Of a DNA stretch of 64,000 nucleotides, positions 49,109 to 56,977 are shown in pieces. The stretch spans positions 2,175-66,174 of the forward strand of contig DATDEH010000021.1 of the NCBI GenBank assembly GCA_036523395.1, in the 5' to 3' direction. The translations under genes and the position numbers were made by a program. The number at the start of each line of letters is the position of its first letter. The first letter of the stretch is position 1. Below the pieces are notes generated by a model. That model made no database searches, was not told the DNA's origin, and saw nothing but the letters and a program-made list of their open reading frames with translations. The stretch is from Candidatus Limnocylindria bacterium (GTDB lineage: Bacteria; Chloroflexota; Limnocylindria; P2-11E).

Positions 49109-49551
49109 CCCGTCGGCGGCGCGGCCGGATCGCGGAAGCTCACGTGTGGTCCATCGCCGATCGCGAAACGCACCTCGCGTCCGTCACGCATCCGGATCCA
49201 CGCCTCGCCTTTTCCGTGCGCGAGACGCCCGAGCCACGCGCGCGCGCCCTGCGGCTCCGGACCGAACGACGCGACGTCCTCCTCGGCGACCGCGAGCGTC
49301 CGTGTTTGCTCCGCGTCGCCAAGCGTGATGTCGGCACCGTCGGGCGTGAGACGGATGCGCCTCAGCTCGCTGCGCTGGAAGCCCAGTACGGTCTCATCGG
49401 CGAAACGGATCACCCAGCGACCTTGATCCGACGCCGATACCGCGCCGAGCCACGCCCGGAATCCCGTGATCTCAGGCCCGTAGGTCTCGACCTCGTCGAG
49501 CTCGACCTCGATCGGATCGCCGACGGGAAAGCGAAGTCGAGCACGCGTCAC
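49105..49551 (-). CDS. Hypothetical protein with internal duplication
   Basis: Two repeats, V..YGPE.TG.RAWLG and V..FGPE.QG.RAWLG. Confidence 0.72.
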   Translation of the reverse strand: MTRARLRFPVGDPIEVELDEVETYGPEITGFRAWLGAVSASDQGRWVIRFADETVLGFQRSELRRIRLTPDGADITLGDAEQTRTLAVAEEDVASFGPEPQGARAWLGRLAHGKGEAWIRMRDGREVRFAIGDGPHVSFRDPAAPPTG

Positions 49552-49587
49552 GCGATGAACGCTAGACCGTGCGACACTTGAAGTCTC

Positions 49588-50160
49588 TTGAGCACACCCG
49601 AGGCCTACCGCGCTGAACCCCTGAACGACGCACCGTTCTCGTGGCGCGCCATCCTCGAGATCGTTCAGGCGCTCGCGCTCGCCGTGATCATCTCGGTCGT
49701 CCTGAACCTGTTCGTGGTGCAGGTCACCGAGGTCCGCCAGCGCAGCATGGAGACGACACTCCTACAGAACGACCGCGTACTGGTGAGCAAGGTCGACTAT
49801 CGCCTCACGTCGCCGCAGCCGGGCGACATCGTCGTGTTCAACCCGACGATCGACACGCAGATCCCGTACGTAAAGCGCATCGTTGCCGTCGCCGGCGAGA
49901 CGGTGGAGCTGCGTGACGGGAACCTCTACGTCGACGGAAAGCTGCGCCTCTTCGCACAGGCGCACGGCGCCACGCTGCCGCAGGTCCCGGACATCAAATA
50001 CCCGTACAAGGTCCCGGACGCCTCGTTCTTCGCGCTCGGCGACAACCGCCTTTCGTCGCAGGACTCGCGGACATTCGGCGCACAGCCCTACAACCGCATC
50101 ATCGGCAAGGTGATCGTGCGGTTCTGGCCGGTCGACCGCCTCAACTTCTTCGACTGGTGA
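49588..50160 (+). CDS. lepB: Signal peptidase I
   Basis: SMETTL, DRVLVSK, YVKRIVA, GDNRLSSQDSR. Confidence 0.93.
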   Translation: MSTPEAYRAEPLNDAPFSWRAILEIVQALALAVIISVVLNLFVVQVTEVRQRSMETTLLQNDRVLVSKVDYRLTSPQPGDIVVFNPTIDTQIPYVKRIVAVAGETVELRDGNLYVDGKLRLFAQAHGATLPQVPDIKYPYKVPDASFFALGDNRLSSQDSRTFGAQPYNRIIGKVIVRFWPVDRLNFFDW

Positions 50161-50167
50161 CGCGCAG

Positions 50168-50497
50168 CTAGCCGATCAGGCTCCCGAGCTCAGCATCGTC
50201 ATCCGGACGCAGCAGCACGACGCGACCGTCCTCCTCGATGGCTCCCAGGGTCAGCACTTCCGAGTCGAAGGTCGCGATGCGTCGAGGCGGGAAGTTCGTC
50301 ACGCAGACGACGAGACGATGTTGCAGGTCGGATTTCTGGTACCACCGCCGCACCGCCGCGGACGATCGGCGCGTGCCGTGCGCGCCGAAGTCGATCGTCA
50401 GCTTGTAGCTCGGGTTGCGCGCCTCGGGGAAGTCTTCGACGGCGAGGACGCGCCCGACACGCATCTCGATCTTCTGGAAGTCTTCGATCGTCGCCAT
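50168..50497 (-). CDS. csaA: tRNA-binding / export chaperone CsaA
   Basis: TIEDFQKIEMRVG, LTIDFG, NFPPRRIA, SEVLTLG. Confidence 0.88.
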   Translation of the reverse strand: MATIEDFQKIEMRVGRVLAVEDFPEARNPSYKLTIDFGAHGTRRSSAAVRRWYQKSDLQHRLVVCVTNFPPRRIATFDSEVLTLGAIEEDGRVVLLRPDDDAELGSLIG

Positions 50498-50515
50498 CTC
50501 CGTATCATCGGACCT

Positions 50516-50833
50516 GTGAGCGATGTCTTCCACCGAGCGACCGACTGGGAGATCGTCGCGCCGACGCGCGTCCTGCGCGTCACATGGGACGACGGCAACG
50601 TGAGCGAGTACCCATGGGAGCCGCTTCGCCGCGCCTGCATGTGCGCGTACTGTCATGGGGAAGGCGCGTACAAGGGCGAGGTGAACGAGGACACGAAGTT
50701 CACCGACGAACAGACCACCTTGAAAGAAGTATTCCCCGTGGGTCGCTACGGTCTAACGCCGTCATGGGGCGACGGTCACGACACGGGCATCTACACGTTC
50801 AAGATGCTGCGACGCGCCTCGGGCCTCGAATGA
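50516..50833 (+). CDS. DUF971 (GBBH N-terminal-like) metal-binding protein
   Basis: WDDG...LRRACMCAYC ... VGRYGL...WGDGHDTGIY. Confidence 0.85.
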   Translation: MSDVFHRATDWEIVAPTRVLRVTWDDGNVSEYPWEPLRRACMCAYCHGEGAYKGEVNEDTKFTDEQTTLKEVFPVGRYGLTPSWGDGHDTGIYTFKMLRRASGLE

Positions 50834-50852
50834 TCCAGATGGAGCGAAGGTC

Positions 50853-51458
50853 ATGAAGTTCTTCACGAAGAAGGCCGAGCTTCCGCCGGAGACGGCGGCG
50901 CGCGTCCCGCCCGGCCAGTACCTGACCGAGAAGTGGCCGGTGCTCCACTACGGCCCGGTGCCGCCGTTCAACCCGAAGACCTGGGAGTTCCGCGTGTTCG
51001 GGAACGTCATGAACGAGTTCAAGCTCAACTGGGAGGAATTCCAGAAGCTTGACCAGACCGCGGTCCAGGCGGACATGCACTGCGTCACGACCTGGTCGCG
51101 TCTCGATCAGAAATGGGAAGGCATCCCGTTCGCGAAGATCATCGACCTCGCGAAGCCGAAGTCCGACTCGAAGTTCGTCATCGCGCACTCGGAGTACGGC
51201 TTCACCGCGAACACGCCGCTCGAGTACTGCATGCGCGACGACTGCCTCATCGCGCTGCGCGCGAACGGCGCGCCGCTGACAGCGGAGCACGGCTCACCCG
51301 CGCGTCTTGTGGTGCCGCGCCTCTACGCGTGGAAGAGCGCGAAGTGGCTGCGCGGCATCGAGTTCTCAGACGTCGACAAGCCAGGTTTTTGGGAGCGGAA
51401 CGGATATCACAACACCGGCGATCCGTGGAAAGAGCAGCGCTACTGGGGCGACGACTGA
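50853..51458 (+). CDS. Sulfite oxidase-like molybdopterin oxidoreductase
   Basis: RVPPGQY, DMHCVTTWS (Mo-ligand Cys), HGSPARL, WKSAKWL, GFWERNGYH. Confidence 0.9.
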   Translation: MKFFTKKAELPPETAARVPPGQYLTEKWPVLHYGPVPPFNPKTWEFRVFGNVMNEFKLNWEEFQKLDQTAVQADMHCVTTWSRLDQKWEGIPFAKIIDLAKPKSDSKFVIAHSEYGFTANTPLEYCMRDDCLIALRANGAPLTAEHGSPARLVVPRLYAWKSAKWLRGIEFSDVDKPGFWERNGYHNTGDPWKEQRYWGDD

Positions 51459-51459
51459 G

Positions 51460-52128
51460 CTAGGGCGTTCCCCGCTCCGGTGCCTCGACCGGGTCGTAGT
51501 GCGCGCGGAAGAATCGAACGATCTGCGTCTGATCGACCGTCGGTAGCTTGTACAGCCACGACCAAGCGGTCAGCGCGACCTTCGCGTCGGTGAGCTTCGG
51601 GTAGGGCTCGAGGATGATCTTCGGGAAACCGGCGGACATCAGGTCGCGAACGATCTTCTTGAGCTGATCGACCTCAGTGGTCGAGAGGTTGTTGAAGGCG
51701 ATCACGACGCCCCCGTGCTCGAGGTTGTGCGTCGTCACCTCGTCCTTGAGGTTCACGTCCTTGATGCCCCACGGCGCGGGAGCCGCGGGCGCGGCCCAGT
51801 GCTGTCCGGATGTCGGCGGCACCGAGTTGTAGACCCCGGTCTGTCCGGAAGGGATGTGCTCGGGGCTGAGCGCCTCGACCTTCGTGCCCACCGTCTGTCC
51901 GGTCGTGTCGAACTGCTGCGCGTTCACGTCGATCGGCGCCGCCGGCGCGTCGAACGCGCCGAGCGCGCGGGCGACCAGGACCAGCGCGATGAACGCGATG
52001 ACGACGCCCAAGACGATCCAGCCCTGGCCGATGCGTCGCCTGGGCGCCGGGCTGCCACCGCCGTTCCGGCGGCGCTGCTGCCTGGTCCTCTCCCGTTCGC
52101 GCCGGTCGCGGCGTGTCGTGACTGTCAT
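51460..52128 (-). CDS. DUF3105 domain membrane-anchored protein
   Basis: YNSVPPTSGQH, HNLEHGGV, VALTAW; N-terminal Arg-rich segment plus TM. Confidence 0.85.
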   Translation of the reverse strand: MTVTTRRDRRERERTRQQRRRNGGGSPAPRRRIGQGWIVLGVVIAFIALVLVARALGAFDAPAAPIDVNAQQFDTTGQTVGTKVEALSPEHIPSGQTGVYNSVPPTSGQHWAAPAAPAPWGIKDVNLKDEVTTHNLEHGGVVIAFNNLSTTEVDQLKKIVRDLMSAGFPKIILEPYPKLTDAKVALTAWSWLYKLPTVDQTQIVRFFRAHYDPVEAPERGTP

Positions 52129-52135
52129 CGCTTTC

Positions 52136-52149
52136 AGGATACCTAGACT
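52136..52149. promoter_or_regulatory. Back-to-back -10 boxes for two divergent leaderless genes
   Basis: TATCCT (minus, 52136-52141) and TAGACT (plus, 52144-52149), each exactly 7 nt from its start codon in a 28-bp gap. Confidence 0.6.
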
Positions 52150-52156
52150 TGAGGAC

Positions 52157-53599
52157 GTGACCGTCCGCGTCCGTTTCGCGCCATCCCCCACCGGTTCGCT
52201 CCACATCGGGAGCGTCCGGACGACGCTCTACAACCACTTCTTCGCGCGACAGAACGGCGGAAAGCTCGTCCTCCGGATAGAAGACACCGACCAGGACCGC
52301 CTTGTGCCCGGCGCCGTGGATTCGATCTACGACGGACTCGGCTGGCTGCGGGTGACCTGGGACGAGGGCCCGCGCGAGGGCGGCCCGCACAGTCCATACA
52401 TCCAATCGGAGCGCCTGCCCCTGTATCAGGAGCACGTACAGAAGCTCGTCGATGCCGGTGATGCGTACTTCTGCTTCTGTTCAAAGGAGCGCCTCGCCGC
52501 GATGCGCGCCCAGCAGGCCGCGCGCAAGGAGATCACGCGCTACGACCGCTTCTGCCGGAACATCGACCCGAGAGTGGCAGCGGAGCGCGCCAAGACCGAG
52601 GCGCACGTGGTGCGACTCAAGGTGCCGGACGAAGGAACTCTCGCGATCGACGATCTTGTGTACGGCCACGTTGAGTGGCCGATCAATACGATCGAAGACC
52701 AGGTGCTCCTCAAGTCAGACGGTTTTCCCACGTATCACCTGGCGGTGGTCGTCGACGATCACGTGATGGGCATTACCCACATCTTTCGCGGCGAAGACTG
52801 GCTTCCCTCGACCCCCAAGCACGTCCTGATCTTCCGCGCGTTCGGCTGGGAGCTGCCACCGATCGCGCACTTCCCGAACGTGCTGGGACCGGATGGCAAG
52901 AAGCTCGCGAAGCGGCACGGTGCCACGCAAGTGGAGGAGTTCAAGACGCAGGGCTATCTGCCTGAAGCGATGGTGAACTACCTCGCGCTCGTCGGCTGGT
53001 CACCGGGTACCGAGGAAGAGATCTTCGGGGTGGACGAGCTCATCGCGCGCTGGCGCATGGACCAGGTGCATCGCGCCGGCGGGAAGTGGGACAAGGCTCG
53101 GCTTGACTGGTTCAACGGGATGTGGATCCGCAGGCTCAGTGAGGACGACCTGCTCGGACGTCTAGGGGGGTTCGTGCCGTCGGAGTGGGATCGCGAGGTG
53201 ATCCGGAGGACGCTGCCGCTCCTGCGCGAGCGGATGGCCACGCTCGCCCAGGCGCGTGACCAGCTCGAGTTCCTCTTCGCGGAGCCGCCAGCGTACGAAC
53301 CCAGATCGCTCGTGCCCAAGAAGAAAGAGCCGCAGGAAACGTTCGACGTGCTCGTGAAGTCGACCATCCTGCTCCATCACGTCGAGCCGTTCGAGCACGC
53401 CGCGATCCGCGCGGCGATCGAAGGCATCGCCGCGGAGATGAGCTGGAGCCTCAAGGACACGAGCCACCCGATCCGGGTGGCGGTCACCGGCCGCACGGTC
53501 GGCCTGCCCCTATTCGAATCCCTCGAGCTTCTCGGCAGGGAGCGCGCGCTGGCGCGCATCGAGCGCGCGCAGGATCTTCTCGAGAAAGGTGTGGACTAG
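52157..53599 (+). CDS. gltX: Glutamate--tRNA ligase
   Basis: RFAPSPTGSLHIG, RIEDTDQ, YIQSER, DGFPTYH, RGEDW, KKLAKR. Confidence 0.95.
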   Translation: MTVRVRFAPSPTGSLHIGSVRTTLYNHFFARQNGGKLVLRIEDTDQDRLVPGAVDSIYDGLGWLRVTWDEGPREGGPHSPYIQSERLPLYQEHVQKLVDAGDAYFCFCSKERLAAMRAQQAARKEITRYDRFCRNIDPRVAAERAKTEAHVVRLKVPDEGTLAIDDLVYGHVEWPINTIEDQVLLKSDGFPTYHLAVVVDDHVMGITHIFRGEDWLPSTPKHVLIFRAFGWELPPIAHFPNVLGPDGKKLAKRHGATQVEEFKTQGYLPEAMVNYLALVGWSPGTEEEIFGVDELIARWRMDQVHRAGGKWDKARLDWFNGMWIRRLSEDDLLGRLGGFVPSEWDREVIRRTLPLLRERMATLAQARDQLEFLFAEPPAYEPRSLVPKKKEPQETFDVLVKSTILLHHVEPFEHAAIRAAIEGIAAEMSWSLKDTSHPIRVAVTGRTVGLPLFESLELLGRERALARIERAQDLLEKGVD

Positions 53600-55579
53600 A
53601 TGGCCACCCTCGCACGTCGCGTCGGTCTGGGTCTCAATGCACGCGGTGACGTTTCGGACGTCGTGGCTTGGGCCGAGCGTGCTCGCTCGGCGGGTCTCGA
53701 GTCCATCTGGATCCACGACTCCTACTTCGAGCGCGACGCCGTCACCTATGCGAGCGCGGTCGCGGCGCAAGTAGCGGACATCAAGATCGGCCTCGGCGCG
53801 CTCAATCCGTTCACCCGCCACCCCGTGCTCATCGCGATGACGATCAGTGCGCTCGACGAGATGGCGCCCGAGAGGATCCTTCTGGGAATGGGATCGGCGC
53901 TCCCGCTGCGCCTCGGGCAGATGGGCATCCCGTACACGCCCGAAGACGCCGTCACGAAGTCGAGCGAGGCCATCGACACGCTGCACACCCTGTGGAAAGG
54001 CGAGCGGATGCCTTCGGGAAAGCCGGGCCTGCCGCCGCTGCAGCCGATGTTCCCGCCGGTCCATCGTGTGCCGATCTACCTCGCGGGCTACCGCTCACCG
54101 GTGATGGAGCTCGCGGGTCAGAAGGGCGACGGGTATCTGGCGCGACCCGCCGAATCGATCCCCGGGCTGAAGAAGCTCCTGCGGGTGATGAACAAGGCGG
54201 CGCGTGCGGCGGGTCGCGATCCGAACGACATCGACGTCGCGGGTTACCTGCTCGCGCTCGTCGGCGACACGCGGCGCGACGCACTCAACCGCGCGAAGCG
54301 CGAGCCGTTCGTGATCTTCATGATGAGCATCCTCTCGGACGTGACCCTGGACCGCGCCGGCTTCGAGCCCGAGCTGCGCGACCGCATCGCGGTGCACTGG
54401 CGCAAGGAGGATTACACGACGGCGGGCGGGCTCATCCCCGACGAGCTCCTCGACGCGTTCATCGTCTGCGGAACGCGACGCGAGATCGCGGATCGGGCCT
54501 GGGAGTACCACGAGGCAGGTATGGACCTTCCGATCCTGCAGCCTGTCGTTCAGGACGAGGACCAGATCTCAGCGGTCCTCGATGCCGCTGTCGCGTATGG
54601 CAGCGGCGAGGCCGGGACCGTCGCGGCCCGCGCCGCGCTCGGCGCGCAGAAGAGGAGCGCGGCGGCGAGCCTGCGCGACCGCATCGGCGCGTACTGGGAG
54701 ATCGCGCGTCCGTTCTCGTTCACGGCGTCGACCGTGCCGACCGCGGTGGGCGGCGCGCTCGCCGCGGTGGAGGGCCGGTTCGACTGGACGCTGTTCCTCG
54801 TCTCGCTCGTCGCCGGCGTCCTTCTGCACATCGGGACCAATGTCACCAACGAGATCTACGACGTGCGCAAGGGCGTGGACACGATCGTCTCGCCGCGCGC
54901 GAGCCACGCGATCGTGAAGGGACGCATCAGTGACCGTGAGGCGTACGTCGCGGCCGTCGCCGCGTTCGCGCTCGCCTTCACACTCGGCCTGTTCCTCGTC
55001 TCGGTCCGCGGCTGGCCGGTCGTCGCGCTCGGGCTCGCCGGCCTCATCGGCGGCTACACCTACACCGCGCCGCCGTTCCAGTACAAGTTCAGCCCCTACG
55101 GGATCCCGCTCGTGTTCATGCTCATGGGTCCGCTGATGGTCGTGGGGTCGTACTTCGTCATCACCGGCACGATCGACTGGAGCGCGCTCGCGATCAGCAT
55201 CCCGGTCGGGTTCCTCGTTGCGGCGATCCTGCACGGCAACGAGTGGCGCGACATCAGCGAGGACGCGCGAGCGGGTGCGCGAACCTTCTCGGTCCGGATG
55301 GGCCGGCAGGCGGCGCACTGGCTATATCTCGCGCTGGTCGTCGGCGCGTACATCGCGCTCACGGCCGCGGTCCTCGTGGGCCTGCTACCGACGTGGACGC
55401 TGCTCGCGATCCTCTCGCTGCCGCTGCTCGTGCGCCAGATCCGCAGCGCGGAGTTCGGAGCGAGCGGTCAGCAGCGCGCCATCGCGATGATCGACCTGCA
55501 GACCGCACAGCTCCACGCGGCGTTCGGCTACCTCATGGTCGCGGGGCTGATCATCGCGGCGGCCATCGCGACCCGCTGA
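53600..55579 (+). CDS. Fusion of LLM-class (Mer-like) oxidoreductase and MenA/UbiA-family prenyltransferase
   Basis: About aa 1-335: WIHD, KIGLGALNPFTRHP, PIYLAG. From about aa 360: RPFSFTAS, NVTNEIYDVRKGVD, YTAPPFQYK, NEWRDISEDARAG. One uninterrupted ORF. Confidence 0.88.
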   Translation: MATLARRVGLGLNARGDVSDVVAWAERARSAGLESIWIHDSYFERDAVTYASAVAAQVADIKIGLGALNPFTRHPVLIAMTISALDEMAPERILLGMGSALPLRLGQMGIPYTPEDAVTKSSEAIDTLHTLWKGERMPSGKPGLPPLQPMFPPVHRVPIYLAGYRSPVMELAGQKGDGYLARPAESIPGLKKLLRVMNKAARAAGRDPNDIDVAGYLLALVGDTRRDALNRAKREPFVIFMMSILSDVTLDRAGFEPELRDRIAVHWRKEDYTTAGGLIPDELLDAFIVCGTRREIADRAWEYHEAGMDLPILQPVVQDEDQISAVLDAAVAYGSGEAGTVAARAALGAQKRSAAASLRDRIGAYWEIARPFSFTASTVPTAVGGALAAVEGRFDWTLFLVSLVAGVLLHIGTNVTNEIYDVRKGVDTIVSPRASHAIVKGRISDREAYVAAVAAFALAFTLGLFLVSVRGWPVVALGLAGLIGGYTYTAPPFQYKFSPYGIPLVFMLMGPLMVVGSYFVITGTIDWSALAISIPVGFLVAAILHGNEWRDISEDARAGARTFSVRMGRQAAHWLYLALVVGAYIALTAAVLVGLLPTWTLLAILSLPLLVRQIRSAEFGASGQQRAIAMIDLQTAQLHAAFGYLMVAGLIIAAAIATR

Positions 55580-55643
55580 CCGCCGCGATACGGCGGCTGG
55601 AGACCGGTTGGTCCGCCAGCCGCCGCGCCTGCAACGAACGGGG

Positions 55644-55844
55644 TCATTGACGCTCAGCGACCGACTGAAGTGCGCCGTCGGCCGCCCGCAGCAGCTCGAC
55701 GCATCGCTCGGCGAGCTCGAGCGCTTCTTTCGAGGCGCATCCCGAGCGCGACGCGAGCTGTAGGGCGTTGAGCGCGTGGCGGTAGAGCGATCGTTGGACG
55801 GCGTGGTTGTCGCATTCGCTGTCGCAGCACTTCTGACTGGCCAT
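55644..55844 (-). CDS. Small Cys/His-rich protein (66 aa)
   Basis: Strong GGAGGAG RBS; MASQKCCDSECDNH...HAL...GC...RC. Confidence 0.65.
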   Translation of the reverse strand: MASQKCCDSECDNHAVQRSLYRHALNALQLASRSGCASKEALELAERCVELLRAADGALQSVAERQ

Positions 55845-55876
55845 CGGTCTCCTCCCTTCGCCGTGTTTTGGTCCAG

Positions 55877-55908
55877 AAAACAAAAACGCCACGGGAGGAG
55901 CCCGTGGC
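55877..55908 (-). terminator. Intrinsic terminator upstream of the Cys-rich gene (putative attenuator)
   Basis: Perfect 8-bp stem GCCACGGG/CCCGTGGC followed by GTTTTTGTTTT on the minus strand. Confidence 0.78.
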
Positions 55909-55939
55909 CATACAGCGCCGTGAGCGTGCGTCTACAGCG

Positions 55940-55987
55940 CTAGCCCGAGCTCGCCTCCCGCGTTGATGCGATGAACGGAACGGTCAT
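55940..55987 (-). CDS. Putative leader peptide (MTVPFIASTREASSG)
   Basis: AAAGGAGAG RBS before ATG 55987; stop about 30 nt before the terminator stem. Confidence 0.45.
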   Translation of the reverse strand: MTVPFIASTREASSG

Positions 55988-56152
55988 CAACTCTCCTTTC
56001 TCGCGCTCCGATGCGCGAAGGACGCAGATGTACCAGAGGCGCGCGCGGAACACAAGAGGGATTTCCACATTTCGTGCACGGCGATACGCCCACCGATGCG
56101 ATCGCCGCGCGGCGATACTTCCTCAAGTGCCTCCAGCAACAGGAGACCGAGC

Positions 56153-56770
56153 GTGAGCAAGCGCGGACCGGTCGTGCCGATCGGCCTCGCGATGGCGTTC
56201 GGCCTGTTCGGCCTGACCTTCCGCGGGTCGCGCGCACGCTTCTGGGAGCGCATGACGCTCACCGGCTTCGTGCTCGGCAACTTGGCACTGGCGAACGATG
56301 CGGAGCTACGCCGGTTGCGTTTCCGCGAGCGTGACGTCGCGCTTGGCCTGCTATCGGCAGCGGGCCTCTATGCGATCTTCCAGGCCGGCGACCGCATGGC
56401 GCGCGCGGTCATGCCCAGCGGATCGCAGGAGATCGGCGACATCTACGCGCTGCGCTCGCTGCGCCCGAAGTCCGAGATCGCCGCGCGACTCGCGGCGATC
56501 ATCGGCCCGGCCGAGGAGCTGTTCTGGCGGGGGTTCGTGCAGCGCCGTATCGGCGCGGCCGGCGCGGCCATGACATACGGCGGCGCGCATCTCGTCACCG
56601 GGAACGCGACGCTCATCGGCGCCGCGACGGTCGCGGGGATCTACTGGGGACTTCTACGGGCGATCGGCATGAGCATGCCGGCCCTCATCACCAGCCACGT
56701 TGCCTGGGACATCTGGATCTTCCTCCTCGCGCCCACCGAGCGCGAGAAAGACCCGCAGACGACGGTCTAG
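56153..56770 (+). CDS. CPBP (Abi / type II CAAX) intramembrane glutamic metalloprotease
   Basis: AEELFWRG (EExxxR), YGGAH, SHVAWD; AGGAG RBS. Confidence 0.88.
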   Translation: MSKRGPVVPIGLAMAFGLFGLTFRGSRARFWERMTLTGFVLGNLALANDAELRRLRFRERDVALGLLSAAGLYAIFQAGDRMARAVMPSGSQEIGDIYALRSLRPKSEIAARLAAIIGPAEELFWRGFVQRRIGAAGAAMTYGGAHLVTGNATLIGAATVAGIYWGLLRAIGMSMPALITSHVAWDIWIFLLAPTEREKDPQTTV

Positions 56771-56892
56771 GAGGAGCGGTCCCGGATGCGCTCGGCGAGA
56801 CGCTTGGCGCAGCAGGCGCAGTGCGGGTCGGGCCAGACGAGCCAGACGACCAACGCGAGCCAGCCGGCGAGGAGGCCGATGCTGAATGCCAT
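56767..56892 (-). CDS. Small single-TM protein with HCACC motif
   Basis: MAFSIGLLAGWLALVVWLVWPDPHCACCAKRLAERIRDRSS; alternative ATG at 56910; below the ORF-track cutoff. Confidence 0.5.
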   Translation of the reverse strand: MAFSIGLLAGWLALVVWLVWPDPHCACCAKRLAERIRDRSS

Positions 56893-56977
56893 ATCGGCTG
56901 ACAAATACATGCGATGGCGCTACGCAAGAACTTGGCCACGGGCCCAAATGTCCGTGGACTCGACGAGGAAAGGCGCG

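Noticed and set aside
52157-55579. Heme/chlorophyll pathway link (Glu-tRNA to tetrapyrrole; UbiA domain as heme O synthase)
   Set aside because: Prenyltransferase motifs resemble MenA rather than CyoE/CtaB, and no hem genes are present.
56011-56152. Possible degenerate zinc-finger ORF (RCTRG...FPHFVHGD...YFLKCLQ) upstream of the CPBP
   Set aside because: No RBS, incomplete Cys pattern, and the frame runs on out of frame into the CPBP gene; cannot be supported without a homology search.
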